Virus record (IMG/VR): IMGVR_UViG_3300028018_000002
Span: 1-51,358 of that record
Source: a virus
Lineage: Duplodnaviria; Caudoviricetes
Reading direction: 5' to 3' (one strand)
Length of the DNA stretch: 51,358 nucleotides
The notes beneath the pieces were generated by a model. That model was not told where the DNA came from. It saw only the letters and a program-made list of their open reading frames with translations, and did not search any database. Shown in pieces: positions 15,938 through 25,940 of this stretch; position 1 is the stretch's first letter, and every line of letters begins with the position of its first letter. Both the position numbers and the translations under genes were made by a program.

Positions 15938-16288
15938 GTGCCAGCGGTGCCGAAGCCGATACCACGTAAGGTCGAACGTCAGCGCAAACGACGTGCAGAG
16001 AGCGCGTGGGTGAAGACGGTGCGTGAGCAGGTTATCGAACGCGACCGTGGCTGTCGGTCGTGTCGAGAGATGGGAACGAAACCAGATACGACGTTCCCGT
16101 TGCAGATGCACGAATTGATCTACCGCAGCCATACCAGAGGACTGCCGATACAGGAACGGGTCAACACTCGCGTGTCTGTGTTGTTGTGTGCACGATGTCA
16201 TCGTGAACTCCACGAGAAACGATTATCGGTGCACATTGCTGACGTCTTGCAGGGTGCTGATGGCACGTTGAGGTTCAAGCGATGGTAG
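15938..16288 (+). CDS. HNH-like endonuclease
   Basis: RDRGCRSC...MHE...LLCARCHRELH. Confidence 0.7.
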   Translation: MPAVPKPIPRKVERQRKRRAESAWVKTVREQVIERDRGCRSCREMGTKPDTTFPLQMHELIYRSHTRGLPIQERVNTRVSVLLCARCHRELHEKRLSVHIADVLQGADGTLRFKRW

Positions 16289-16301
16289 GAGGCTGTCTGA
16301 T

Positions 16302-16481
16302 ATGGAGACGTTCCTTGTAATCGTGTCGTCGTTCGTGTGTGGGTGCATCGTGGGATTCATTTATGCCACACGACCAGATTCAGATCGTATTGATCGGTTC
16401 TACATGCAAGATCAAAAACACTACAAGCGCTGGCAAGCGTATTGCCAGCTTGAAGGTCGCATCAAGGAACGCAAGCTATGA
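16302..16481 (+). CDS. Small membrane protein (59 aa; not in ORF track)
   Basis: AGGAGG RBS. METFLVIVSSFVCGCIVGFIYA...; stop overlaps the next ATG (ATGA). Confidence 0.6.
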   Translation: METFLVIVSSFVCGCIVGFIYATRPDSDRIDRFYMQDQKHYKRWQAYCQLEGRIKERKL

Positions 16482-17458
16482 AGATGCTGCTGACCGGTGC
16501 GACCGGCACACTTGGTCATGCGGTCTTACGTCATGCGCTCCAGCGTGATGACGTCACACGCTTGGCAGCGTTCGCACGCTCCGAGTCTCGGCTGACGTTG
16601 CTGTCTGACGAGTTCGGACACCACGATGCGTTCCGACCGTTCTTGGGTGACGTGCGTGACGAGTCACGATTACGCGATGCGTGTGTCGGGATGGACACGG
16701 TCATCCATGCCGCCGCACTGAAGCGTGTGGACGACGGTGCCTACAATCCTCTGGAGATGCACAAGACGAACGTCATCGGCAGTATCAATGTGGCGAACGC
16801 CGCACGTGCTGAAGGCGTCAGGAACGTGGTGCTGGTGTCGTCAGACAAAGCGGTTGCCGCGATCAACGCCTATGGCGGCAGCAAGTATTCGGCCGAGAAC
16901 TGCCTGCGAGAACTCAACGCACACTCCGCACCGAGAGGCACACGCATCTCCTGTGTCCGGTATGGCAACGTTCTCGCTAGCACCGGCAGCGTCTTGACGA
17001 TCTGGGATCGTCAACGTCGACACGGTCACGCACTGACCGTGACCGATGGCACGATGACTCGGTTTTGGATGACCATCGACGAGGCGGTGTTGCATGTCTT
17101 CAAGGCACTCAAAATTATGCGAGGCGGCGAGATCATCGTGCCGTTGATGCGGAGTTCGTCGCTCAAGTTACTGGCTGATGCGTATCGGGTGGCGACGAGT
17201 TATGACGCCGACGTGCGGTCTGTGGGTGTGCGTGCCGGTGGTGAGAAGCGCCACGAGGCACTGATCAACGATGACGAGATGGTGCGTGCCATCGCGCAGA
17301 AGAACGTTGTGGTCATTCCACCAGCGGTGCATTCGTGGACGGCTGACGCATGGAAGACAGACGGGACCATTGCGGTGCCGCATCCGTATCACAGCAACGC
17401 GGTGAAGTGTTGCACGTATACAGTCGAGGAGTTGGCCGAGATCATCACCGGCTTATGA
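16478..17458 (+). CDS. pseB: UDP-GlcNAc 4,6-dehydratase (PseB/FlaA1-like)
   Basis: TGATGTLG, GDVRD, HAAALKRV, SSDKAV..INAYGGSK, VRYGNVLASTGSV, MTRFWMT, GEKRHE. Confidence 0.88.
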   Translation: MKMLLTGATGTLGHAVLRHALQRDDVTRLAAFARSESRLTLLSDEFGHHDAFRPFLGDVRDESRLRDACVGMDTVIHAAALKRVDDGAYNPLEMHKTNVIGSINVANAARAEGVRNVVLVSSDKAVAAINAYGGSKYSAENCLRELNAHSAPRGTRISCVRYGNVLASTGSVLTIWDRQRRHGHALTVTDGTMTRFWMTIDEAVLHVFKALKIMRGGEIIVPLMRSSSLKLLADAYRVATSYDADVRSVGVRAGGEKRHEALINDDEMVRAIAQKNVVVIPPAVHSWTADAWKTDGTIAVPHPYHSNAVKCCTYTVEELAEIITGL

Positions 17459-18321
17459 CTCGACGCTTGCAGGTTGCGGTTATTGGGTTGGGGTCGATGG
17501 GTCAACGGTACGTCGAGTACTTCCGACACTTACGGAAGACGACTGTTGTTGGATGCGATCCTCGTCGGAAGACATTTCCTGTTGGCGTCGTATGTGTGGA
17601 GACACTGAGTGAGTTGCTCGATACCACGACACCGGACGTTGTAGTGATTGCCTCACCAGCCGCACACCATCTGGAGACGTTGTATGCGGTGCGTGCGCAT
17701 CACCCAGATTGTGCCGTGTTGCTGGAGAAGCCGGTGTCGAACCAGCGCTTGACGCAGCGTGATCTGAGGCGCTGCAAGGTGTTGCTGAACAGCACCATCG
17801 CCGTCGGCTACTGTTGGCGCTTTCATCCGTATGCGCGACAACTCCATGCGGTGAGACAGGCGATTCGTGATGTGACGTTCTACGTAGGCAGCGACATGCG
17901 AACGTGGCCCGGTGAGAACTATGCCGACCCGTTGCGTGAGTTCTCGCATGAGCTTGATCTGGTGACTTACTTGACCACGGCACAGCACATCGACGAGGTC
18001 GGTTTCACGCCGCAGGGTTGCTATCAAATAGATGGCACGCATCAGTTCGGTCGTTGGAGCGTTCGTATCGCACCGTTCCAGTCGACACCGGGACGGTGGG
18101 TCAAGGCGGTGATGTCTGACCGCAGCGTGGTGACGCATCACTGGGACGTGCGACCACGCATCATCGAGGCGATGTATCGATCACAAGCCGCACAAGTCAC
18201 GCACGCGACCGGACCGGAAGGCTTGTTCTGTCCGTTGCGTTCCGGTTTACAGACGACACTATTAATTGACGAGATTGACAGTCGTCTCGACGCGAAAGGC
18301 AAAGCATGGCAGGTGATGTGA
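17455..18321 (+). CDS. Gfo/Idh/MocA-family oxidoreductase
   Basis: GLGSMG, IASPAAHH, LLEKP, VGYCWRFHP, SHELDL. Confidence 0.88.
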   Translation: MTRRLQVAVIGLGSMGQRYVEYFRHLRKTTVVGCDPRRKTFPVGVVCVETLSELLDTTTPDVVVIASPAAHHLETLYAVRAHHPDCAVLLEKPVSNQRLTQRDLRRCKVLLNSTIAVGYCWRFHPYARQLHAVRQAIRDVTFYVGSDMRTWPGENYADPLREFSHELDLVTYLTTAQHIDEVGFTPQGCYQIDGTHQFGRWSVRIAPFQSTPGRWVKAVMSDRSVVTHHWDVRPRIIEAMYRSQAAQVTHATGPEGLFCPLRSGLQTTLLIDEIDSRLDAKGKAWQVM

Positions 18322-19136
18322 CGTACGTCATCGGCGAGGCTGGTGCGTGTGGCGATGCTGACCTGACGAAGATGCTGGCGCAGATTGATGTGTGTGCCGA
18401 AGCCGGTGTTGATGCGGTCAAGTTCCAGTGGACCTCAGACGCGACGGCGATGGCGAAGCGTCGTGGTCGTGCGTTGCTGGATGGATACGATCTGGTCTAT
18501 CAGCGGTACTTGATGTGGAGCGACGATTGGCATCAACACCTTCACCAACGGTGTGACGACCTTGGTGTTGACTATCTGTGCACGGTCTATCTCACGCAGG
18601 ATGTGCGTGTCGTTGCGCCATACGTCTCGCACTTCAAGGTGTCGAGCTTTGAAGCGAAGGACACCGACCTGCACCATGCAGTTCTGGATCAGTGTCGAGA
18701 CGAGAAGCGAATGCTGTTGTCGTTGGGCATGTGTTCCGACTTGGAGATTGACATGCTGCGGTTCAGTCTCGCCGACGTGCCGTGCATTGATTATCTGCAC
18801 TGTGTCAGCGCATACCCGACACCGTTCACGGCAATGAACCTGTCTCGTATTCATCGCAATCGACTCGACGGTTACTCTGATCACACGTCTCCAGCACTAT
18901 CGATGACCGGTGCGTTGGCGGTCGCGGCTGGTGCACGCATCATCGAAGCGCACATGCGACTCGATACGACTGACTCGTTGAACCCTGACGCAGCACACGC
19001 GATGACGCCAACGCAGTTGAACGACTACGTGCAACGCATTCGGATGACGGAAGGCGCAATGTATGGCAGAGACGACAGTGCACAAGACTCGATGCGACCG
19101 TATCGCGTAGGAGGCACCGATGATCACGCTGCGTAG
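18306..19136 (+). CDS. neuB: Nonulosonic acid synthase (NeuB/PseI family), lacking the C-terminal SAF domain
   Basis: IGEAG, GVDAVKFQ, FKVSSFE, LSLGM, LHCVSAYPT, GYSDHT, IIEAH. Confidence 0.88.
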   Translation: MAGDVTYVIGEAGACGDADLTKMLAQIDVCAEAGVDAVKFQWTSDATAMAKRRGRALLDGYDLVYQRYLMWSDDWHQHLHQRCDDLGVDYLCTVYLTQDVRVVAPYVSHFKVSSFEAKDTDLHHAVLDQCRDEKRMLLSLGMCSDLEIDMLRFSLADVPCIDYLHCVSAYPTPFTAMNLSRIHRNRLDGYSDHTSPALSMTGALAVAAGARIIEAHMRLDTTDSLNPDAAHAMTPTQLNDYVQRIRMTEGAMYGRDDSAQDSMRPYRVGGTDDHAA

Positions 19137-19575
19137 AGCGACGTCAACTGATGCCGAGATGGTGTTCAAGTGGCGCAACGATTCGGACACACGTGCATCG
19201 TCACGGTCGACTCGTGCGGTGGGATGGGATGAACACTCGTCATGGTTCACTGAACGTCTCGCGTTGCTGCACCAAGAGTCGCTCTGGATCATCCTGAATG
19301 ACGGCATACCAGTCGGCAGTGCTCGCATCAATCAATACGAAGACGATGACCGTGCGGAGATCAGTATTGTGCTGGCACCTGACTACAGGAATCATGGTCT
19401 GGGACGTGAGGCGATTACACAGTTGGCTGACACCGTGCGAACGATGGGACGTGTCCCGGTGGCGTTCGTTCGTCCTGAGAACCGACGATCTGTGAATACG
19501 TTTCTGGCGGCTGGCTTTGATTTCGTCGACACGTTGGTGGAGTTGCATGCTCGTGACCGTGATGACGGACAGTGA
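19120..19575 (+). CDS. GNAT N-acetyltransferase, PseH-like
   Basis: LRRATSTD..VFKWRND..TRASS...WDEHSSWF; YRNHGLG; N..S...F..AGF. Confidence 0.8.
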   Translation: MITLRRATSTDAEMVFKWRNDSDTRASSRSTRAVGWDEHSSWFTERLALLHQESLWIILNDGIPVGSARINQYEDDDRAEISIVLAPDYRNHGLGREAITQLADTVRTMGRVPVAFVRPENRRSVNTFLAAGFDFVDTLVELHARDRDDGQ

Positions 19576-20653
19576 ACGTCTCGTCGCGTATCCACGCGAA
19601 CGGTTCGCCACGAGTGCGGTGTGGGACACGTTCGTCGACAAACATCCTGCCGGTGCGTGGTGGCATCGGCAGACGTGGTTGGATTACTCGCTAGCTTATG
19701 ACCGCAAGGCTATCGACCGGTCGTTCGCTGTTGTGTCTGAGGCGGCTGGCTATCCGTACATCGTGGGACTATGTCCGGCAATTGAACGTGATGGTGTCGT
19801 GTGTATGGGTGACGACCCGTGTGCGGGTCCATTGATTACAACGCAGCCGAAACTCAGCGCGGCACGCGCACAAGCGTGCCACGACGCAATGGTGTCGTCG
19901 ATTCAAGAAACGCTTGACGGCATGACAGTTGAATGGCGGTGGAATCGGTATCCGCACGACTATCGCAACACTATCGGTGATCTGGCAGCGTCACTTGGGT
20001 TGTTGTATGACACGTGGGAGACGGCTGTCGTCAAGGTGTGGGGCGGTCGTGGTCTTGGAGTCGCAGCACGTGACGTGACGCATAAAGCAAGACGAGAAAC
20101 CGAACCGTCAGGTCAGTGGCGTGCAATGCGGAACAGTTACCGATCACTCATCACACAAACAGCACGCGACTATACGATTGGCTGGGGCAGCGATCATCTC
20201 TGGCCGCACTACGAACTCTGCCATCGACGAACCGCGACACGTCCGCGAGACGGCGAGACATACAAGCATCAGTTAAAGTGGGTGCGACAGGGACATGCCT
20301 ACATCATGGCAGCGTTTCCAAAGATTGGAGGGACAGAGAACGCAATGGATTCCGATGGTCGGGTGGCCTCGCCATTGTCGTGGCCTGTAGTCGGTTCGAG
20401 TCCGACTCCTTCCGCCATTCTCGCGGCAGCGTACGTGATTGCCTACAAAGGGCATGGTTACTATGCCAGTGGGCCGAGTCTGCAGAAGAACCTCCAACAC
20501 GCTCTGCAATGGGGCGCGATACAGGTGATGAGTTCGGTGTTGCACGGCGACAGTTATGAGGTCGGCTGGTTGAAGGACGACGGCATTGGATTCTTCAAGC
20601 GCGGGTTCGGTGGCGACCGGTGTGCGGTCGATGTGTTGCGAGGCACGATATGA
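19562..20653 (+). CDS. FemAB/GNAT-like acyl- or aminoacyl-transferase
   Basis: WDTFVDKHP..WWH..WLDY; YYASG; HALQWGAI; GIGFFKRGFGG. Confidence 0.65.
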   Translation: MTDSERLVAYPRERFATSAVWDTFVDKHPAGAWWHRQTWLDYSLAYDRKAIDRSFAVVSEAAGYPYIVGLCPAIERDGVVCMGDDPCAGPLITTQPKLSAARAQACHDAMVSSIQETLDGMTVEWRWNRYPHDYRNTIGDLAASLGLLYDTWETAVVKVWGGRGLGVAARDVTHKARRETEPSGQWRAMRNSYRSLITQTARDYTIGWGSDHLWPHYELCHRRTATRPRDGETYKHQLKWVRQGHAYIMAAFPKIGGTENAMDSDGRVASPLSWPVVGSSPTPSAILAAAYVIAYKGHGYYASGPSLQKNLQHALQWGAIQVMSSVLHGDSYEVGWLKDDGIGFFKRGFGGDRCAVDVLRGTI

Positions 20654-21315
20654 GTCGACGAGTGGTGGCTGTCATTCAGGCACGACTCGGGAGCAGTCGC
20701 TTTCCACGTAAGAGCGTGACGCCGTTCCGTGGTCGACCGCTGATCGAACACGTCATCGGTCGCGTGCAACAGATGTCAGGCGTGGACGAGGTCATCGTCA
20801 CGGTGCCAACGAGCGATGCCGACTTGATTCGTGTTGTCACCAAACTAAACAACACACAAGACGAGTCGTTGCCGACGACACGATTGGTCTATGGACCTGA
20901 GAAAGACGTGCTGTGGCGTTACTGGCTGGCTGGTACGGCGTATCAGGCCAACGTTGTTATTCGCATAACGGGTGATTGTCCGTTGTGGTCGCCTCGTGCG
21001 GGTGAGGCGGTGTTGCAAGCGTTTCTTGACGACCAGCAAGGTCGGCAGTACTGGTCAAACGATACGACGCGAAGCGGGTGGCCTGACGGCACGGATGTTG
21101 AGGTCTTCTCGATGGACTTGTTGTCGAGAGCCAGACACGCTCGTGTGTCGTTGACTGATGAAGATCGGGAACACGTCACGACGTGGATGAAGCGCACGCT
21201 GTATCCAGATCTTGGCATCGTGCGTCGTAAGGTCGACCACCTGTCTTCGCTGAAGCTGTCGGTCGATACACGGTCGGACCTGCTTGCACTGGAGACACTG
21301 GATGTCGACATCTGA
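20650..21315 (+). CDS. spsF: Cytidylyltransferase (SpsF/PseF/KdsB family; CMP-nonulosonate synthetase)
   Basis: IQARLGSSRFPRK, DVLWRY, RITGDCPL, PDGTDVEVF, REHVT, LSVDT. Confidence 0.88.
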   Translation: MSRRVVAVIQARLGSSRFPRKSVTPFRGRPLIEHVIGRVQQMSGVDEVIVTVPTSDADLIRVVTKLNNTQDESLPTTRLVYGPEKDVLWRYWLAGTAYQANVVIRITGDCPLWSPRAGEAVLQAFLDDQQGRQYWSNDTTRSGWPDGTDVEVFSMDLLSRARHARVSLTDEDREHVTTWMKRTLYPDLGIVRRKVDHLSSLKLSVDTRSDLLALETLDVDI

Positions 21316-21808
21316 CTGCGTGACACTTACTGCCGCCGAGATCTGGTTGGCTGAATATCTCGTGCGTGAACGACGCAAGGTCAGAGCGGAATGGCTGGCT
21401 GAGATTCGGTCAGGTCGTGACCCGATACAGGTCGAGCGCGATGCGATGGAAGCTGAACTTTCGTTCTGTCGTTCTCAGAATGTTTATCCAGACATTGACG
21501 CAACGTGTCGAAGCCATGCCAATCAGTTCGACTGTGTGACGGCTGACGGTGTACGCGTTGATGTGAAGTGGTCCAGTCGTCTCGACGGTCACTTGATGGC
21601 GATGCCGCACAAGATCGGGTGTGATGACATTGATGCGTTCGTCTTGGTGGTCGGGAAGCGTCCAACGTTTCGCATCGTGGGATGGACACCGTTCTCGACC
21701 TTGATTGACGTGTCGAAGTTACGAAACTTCGGCTATGGACCGACCTATGCGATGGCACAAGAAGATCTCTCACCGATGGCGACCTTGCATGAGGCACGAC
21801 CGTCATGA
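21302..21808 (+). CDS. Hypothetical protein, PD-(D/E)XK-like fold
   Basis: AELSFC...D...RVDVKW...DAFVLV...IVGW; common phage pattern. Confidence 0.6.
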   Translation: MSTSDCVTLTAAEIWLAEYLVRERRKVRAEWLAEIRSGRDPIQVERDAMEAELSFCRSQNVYPDIDATCRSHANQFDCVTADGVRVDVKWSSRLDGHLMAMPHKIGCDDIDAFVLVVGKRPTFRIVGWTPFSTLIDVSKLRNFGYGPTYAMAQEDLSPMATLHEARPS

Positions 21809-22935
21809 TCTCTGACGCCGATCTGTTGCGTCGTGCTGAGACGACGACCGCTGGTGCATCACAGACCACCAGTCGACGACACGGCAAAGTCGGGACAGAC
21901 GACTACCCGGCCTTCGCGGTGCGTGGTAACGGTGCGGTGTTGACGTTCCAAGATGGACGCACAGCGATTGATCTGGCTGGTGCGAACGGTGCGGTGGCAC
22001 TCGGCTATCAACATCCAGAAGTCAGTCTCTGGGTGGAACGCTACAGCGCTATGGGCGGCACGTTGTCGCTGCCGTCACCGTTGGAAGTCGAGGCGTCTGA
22101 ACGGATGTGTGCGGCGTTCGATATCGATGCGATGGTGCGATGGGTACGCACCGGGAGCGAAGCGGTCAGCGCGGCGGTCAGCATTGCACAAGACGATACC
22201 GGCAGCGATTGCGTTGGCGTGTTTCGCGGGTCGTATCACGGCTGGCATCCGTGGACTCGTCAGGCTATCGAACTAACCTCGCCAGAGATTGAAGACTACT
22301 CATCTCTGGCAGCGATTCTTGTTGAGTCGCCGCGATGGGAACCAGTATGCGAGGATTACATCGAAGGGTTGCGTCAGTTGCGCGAAGACTGCACACGATC
22401 TGGAACGATGTTGATCTTCGACGACGTTGTGTATGGGTTCCGGTTTGCGACTGGTGGTCTACAAGAGACGACCGGTGTGGTTCCAGACCTCGCGTGCTTC
22501 AGCAAGGCACTCGGCAACGGTGTGCCTGTTGGCTGTGTGGTTGGTGATCCTGATCTGATGCGTCGAACCGAGTATCGTGTGAGCAGTACGTTCGGCGGTG
22601 AAGTCACTGGACTGGCGGCAGCGTCGGCAGTCTTGAAGGTGCACGCCGGTCAAGATGTTTGCGGTCAACTCCGTGCGTATGGGATGCAACTGCGTGAACG
22701 TCTCGACCTTGCGTTGTCTGGGTCGCCGATTCGTGTCGAAGGGCAACCGCAGCACTTCCGATTCGTGGCTGACAGCCGTGCGATACTGGATGAGTTTCTG
22801 ACTGGGTGCATGGCACACGACGACGCCGTTTTAATTCATCGAGACGCAAACAATATCAACCTTGCCATCAACACCACCATCAGCGCACGTATCGCGGCAA
22901 CCGTGTCCGATATCGCAGGAAGGCTGACCGTATGA
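21805..22935 (+). CDS. Class III PLP aminotransferase (GSA-aminomutase-like)
   Basis: RTGSEAV, SYHGWH, LIFDDVVYGFR, PDLACFSKALGNG, SSTFGG. Confidence 0.88.
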   Translation: MISDADLLRRAETTTAGASQTTSRRHGKVGTDDYPAFAVRGNGAVLTFQDGRTAIDLAGANGAVALGYQHPEVSLWVERYSAMGGTLSLPSPLEVEASERMCAAFDIDAMVRWVRTGSEAVSAAVSIAQDDTGSDCVGVFRGSYHGWHPWTRQAIELTSPEIEDYSSLAAILVESPRWEPVCEDYIEGLRQLREDCTRSGTMLIFDDVVYGFRFATGGLQETTGVVPDLACFSKALGNGVPVGCVVGDPDLMRRTEYRVSSTFGGEVTGLAAASAVLKVHAGQDVCGQLRAYGMQLRERLDLALSGSPIRVEGQPQHFRFVADSRAILDEFLTGCMAHDDAVLIHRDANNINLAINTTISARIAATVSDIAGRLTV

Positions 22936-23519
22936 GTGACGACCTGACACACATCAAGGACTTGGTGCCTGACCCGAAGAATCGACGCAAGCACACATCA
23001 CGCAACGTCGGCATGATTGTCGACGCGCTCCACAAGGTTGGTGCCGGTCGTTCGATTGTCATCGACGAGAACAACGAAGTCCTTGCCGGGAACGCCACCA
23101 TCGAGGCGGCTGGCGAAGCCGGAATCACGCAACTCAAGATCGTCGACGCCACTGGTGATGAGATTGTCGCAGTTCGACGCACGGGTCTGACGACTGACCA
23201 GAAGCGTGACCTTGCCATCTTCGACAACAGAACCGGTGAACTAGCTGAGTGGGACGCCAAGCAAATACTTGAAGACGCAGAAGCCTCGATTGACCTGTCG
23301 TCGTTCTTCTCGGATGGAGAACTTCAGTCGATCCTTGATCGTGCGGAAGACGTGAACCTTGATGATTTCTTTGAGGCTGCGCCTGATGATGGTGACAGCA
23401 GCACGGTCAATCTCGTCCTGAAGTTCTCACCAGATAAACACCGGGATGTTCTCAAGGCGCTGGAGTCTCATGGTAAGTCTCCAGAGCAGGCTGTCCTTCA
23501 GCTTCTTGATCTGAAGTGA
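22932..23519 (+). CDS. ParB/Srx N-terminal-domain protein
   Basis: DLVPDPKNRRKH, SIVIDENNEVLAGN, LAIFDNRTGELAEWD. Confidence 0.8.
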   Translation: MSDDLTHIKDLVPDPKNRRKHTSRNVGMIVDALHKVGAGRSIVIDENNEVLAGNATIEAAGEAGITQLKIVDATGDEIVAVRRTGLTTDQKRDLAIFDNRTGELAEWDAKQILEDAEASIDLSSFFSDGELQSILDRAEDVNLDDFFEAAPDDGDSSTVNLVLKFSPDKHRDVLKALESHGKSPEQAVLQLLDLK

Positions 23520-23522
23520 GGC

Positions 23523-24446
23523 ATGCAGGTGTATCTCGCCGGATTGAACGGAAAGATGCCAAGCTCTGACTGGCATGAACTGATGGACTTCTATATTGGG
23601 TCGCATCGTGAGGTTAGGAAAGAACACATCAAGGAGTGCTACAGCGACGTGGATCTCTATCTTGCAGGACCGCACGCTGGAAATATCACCAAACGTGATC
23701 CATCCGAATGCTACACAGTCAGCAACCTGTACATTCTGGAGTCGTTCTATTACGTGACCGACTGGATGCTTCCATATCTCGATAATAAAATCTGGAACTT
23801 CATGCTCGACTCTGGTGCGTTCACGTTCATGGAGCAGAAGGCGCAGGGCGTGAAGGCGACGATTGATAGTGATTCAATGCGATGGGATGACTACGTGCGT
23901 CGGTATGCCGACTTCATTATCGAACACGACATTGACTTGTTCTTTGAACTAGATATCGATGTTATCGTTGGACTTGATCGGGTGAACAAGCTACGAGGCG
24001 CACTCGAAACGCGAACCGGGAAGAGGTCGATTCCGGTGTGGCACAAGTCTCGCGGTCTTGAGAACTGGAAACAACTGGTCAAGGACTACGAGTACGTTGC
24101 CATCGGCGGTATCGTGAGTGGCGAGATCAAACGCCATGAGCATAAGTTCTTGCATGCCATGTGCGATATTGCCCATGCAGAACGCACCAGAGTGCACGGA
24201 CTCGGCGTGTCGCCGATAGCGGGAAATGCACTCAGGAATTATCGTTTTGATTCTGTTGATTCAACGAATTGGACGATGGGAGGACGTGCTGGGCATCTTG
24301 AGATTTTCACAGGCACGGGACTGCGAAAAGTCCCACGTCCTGACGGGACGCGAATGCGTCCACGTGAGACAGCGATTCATAATTTTCGTGAGTGGGTCAA
24401 GTATCAGCGCTATATGAAGCACGCAGGGTGGAGGATGGAGACATGA
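23523..24446 (+). CDS. TGT-fold transglycosylase (DpdA-like, predicted DNA 7-deazaguanine insertion)
   Basis: LDSGAFT, FFELDID, IPVWH, AIGG, RVHGLG, FDSVDSTNW; directly upstream of queC. Confidence 0.7.
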   Translation: MQVYLAGLNGKMPSSDWHELMDFYIGSHREVRKEHIKECYSDVDLYLAGPHAGNITKRDPSECYTVSNLYILESFYYVTDWMLPYLDNKIWNFMLDSGAFTFMEQKAQGVKATIDSDSMRWDDYVRRYADFIIEHDIDLFFELDIDVIVGLDRVNKLRGALETRTGKRSIPVWHKSRGLENWKQLVKDYEYVAIGGIVSGEIKRHEHKFLHAMCDIAHAERTRVHGLGVSPIAGNALRNYRFDSVDSTNWTMGGRAGHLEIFTGTGLRKVPRPDGTRMRPRETAIHNFREWVKYQRYMKHAGWRMET

Positions 24447-25108
24447 ACAGCGCAGTGGTGTTGTTGAGTGGTGGTCAAGATTCGACGACGTGTCTCTATT
24501 GGGCGAAGCAACAGTTCGATGACCTGTTTGCGGTTGGGTTCGACTACGGTCAGATGCACGTCCGTGAGCTTGAGTGTGCGACAACGATTGCCGGTCGTCT
24601 TGCTGTCCCGTATCGCGTCTTCAATGTGCGGGACGTGTTGGCGACAAGTAGCCTGATCGAGCATGGCGATCACAATGCGGCGTCGTATATCGATGCTTCG
24701 CTTCCTGCGTCGTTTACGAGTGGCAGGAATTTGTTGTTCCTGACCATTGCAGCCAGTTTCGGAGCATCCAAAGATGTCACCGATCTTGTGACCGGTGTGT
24801 GTCAGACGGACTTCTCTGGGTATCCAGACTGCCGTCGGTCAACGGTTGACGCGATGCAGTTGGCGTTGACCTTGGGATGTGGTGCGGGTGACATGCGTAT
24901 CCATACGCCATTGATGTATCTAACCAAGGCCGAGACATGGAAACTGGCGAAAGAACTCGACTGTCTTGATGTGATCATCAACGACACGCTGACAGATTAC
25001 GACGGCGACATGACGGTGAACCCGTGGGGACGTGGGAACGAGAACAATCCCGCCAGCAAGTTACGCCGAGATGGTTTTGATGAAGCCAAGCAAAAGGGAT
25101 GGCTGTGA
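24443..25108 (+). CDS. queC: 7-cyano-7-deazaguanine synthase
   Basis: LSGGQDSTTC, FDYGQ.H..E, GRNLLFL, TDFSGYPDCR, TPLMYLTKAETW. Confidence 0.92.
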   Translation: MNSAVVLLSGGQDSTTCLYWAKQQFDDLFAVGFDYGQMHVRELECATTIAGRLAVPYRVFNVRDVLATSSLIEHGDHNAASYIDASLPASFTSGRNLLFLTIAASFGASKDVTDLVTGVCQTDFSGYPDCRRSTVDAMQLALTLGCGAGDMRIHTPLMYLTKAETWKLAKELDCLDVIINDTLTDYDGDMTVNPWGRGNENNPASKLRRDGFDEAKQKGWL

Positions 25109-25521
25109 CGACCGTCTTGGTGTCGTGTGTAGGACAAAAACAAACCACCGTAATGAAGGCGTCAGAGTTGTATATATCGCCATGGTTTATGTTGGCGAAG
25201 CAGTATTGTCTATTCCATGGACATCAGTGGTTTATCCTCTCGGCACGTCACGGCTTATTAGATATCGAGACGAACATTGAACCGTACAATCTGACGTTAA
25301 AAGAGTGCAATGAGCGTTATCAACGAGCATGGAGTCAACGTGTTGTCAGGGACATCATTCAGAGAATAGACATCACAACATCGTTGATGATGTTTGCTGG
25401 TCTTCGTTATCGTCGGTTCCTCTGTCCTCTACTAATGCGGCACGGTTATGACATTCAAGTCCCGATGCGTGGTCTTGGTATAGGTCGCCAACTGCAATGG
25501 TTGAAGGTTCACGGATCATGA
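25099..25521 (+). CDS. DUF6884-like protein
   Basis: LVSCVGQK...A.ELYISPWF...WFILSARHGL...PYNLTL...AG..Y...GIGRQLQWL. Confidence 0.7.
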   Translation: MAVTTVLVSCVGQKQTTVMKASELYISPWFMLAKQYCLFHGHQWFILSARHGLLDIETNIEPYNLTLKECNERYQRAWSQRVVRDIIQRIDITTSLMMFAGLRYRRFLCPLLMRHGYDIQVPMRGLGIGRQLQWLKVHGS

Positions 25522-25940
25522 TCACGGCTTCTCGGTATCACGACTTCAGCGCAGGTCATAAAGTGACCGGACACGAGAACAAGTGCGCTCACTTGCATGG
25601 TCACAACTATCGCGTCCACTTTACGATTCAATCAAAGGCCGGTGTTGACGAGATTGGTCGTGTGTTGGACTTTGCCGCGATCAAGACACGTTTATGCGAA
25701 TGGCTAGAGGAGAACTGGGATCATCGCTTCTTGATATACAAAGACGACCCGACGTCTGCGGTGCTGGTTGAACACTTCCCGAATGACATGGTGTTGACGC
25801 CATTCAATCCAACGGCTGAGAACATGGCGCGACACCTTGTCGAGACGGTCGCACCGATTCAGCTGCGTGACACTTGGTGTCAATTGACGTGTTGCGTGGT
25901 TGAGGAGACGCGAAAGTGCAAAGCGACGTTCTTCGTGTAA
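25518..25940 (+). CDS. queD: 6-carboxy-5,6,7,8-tetrahydropterin synthase
   Basis: FSAGH, CAHLHGHNY, VLDF, WDHRFL, NPTAEN, ET. Confidence 0.92.
   Translation: MITASRYHDFSAGHKVTGHENKCAHLHGHNYRVHFTIQSKAGVDEIGRVLDFAAIKTRLCEWLEENWDHRFLIYKDDPTSAVLVEHFPNDMVLTPFNPTAENMARHLVETVAPIQLRDTWCQLTCCVVEETRKCKATFFV

Noticed and set aside
21805-22935. hemL (tetrapyrrole biosynthesis) auxiliary gene
   Set aside because: GSA-like class III aminotransferases also occur in nonulosonate/SpsF clusters. The context here is sugar biosynthesis and no other hem genes are present.
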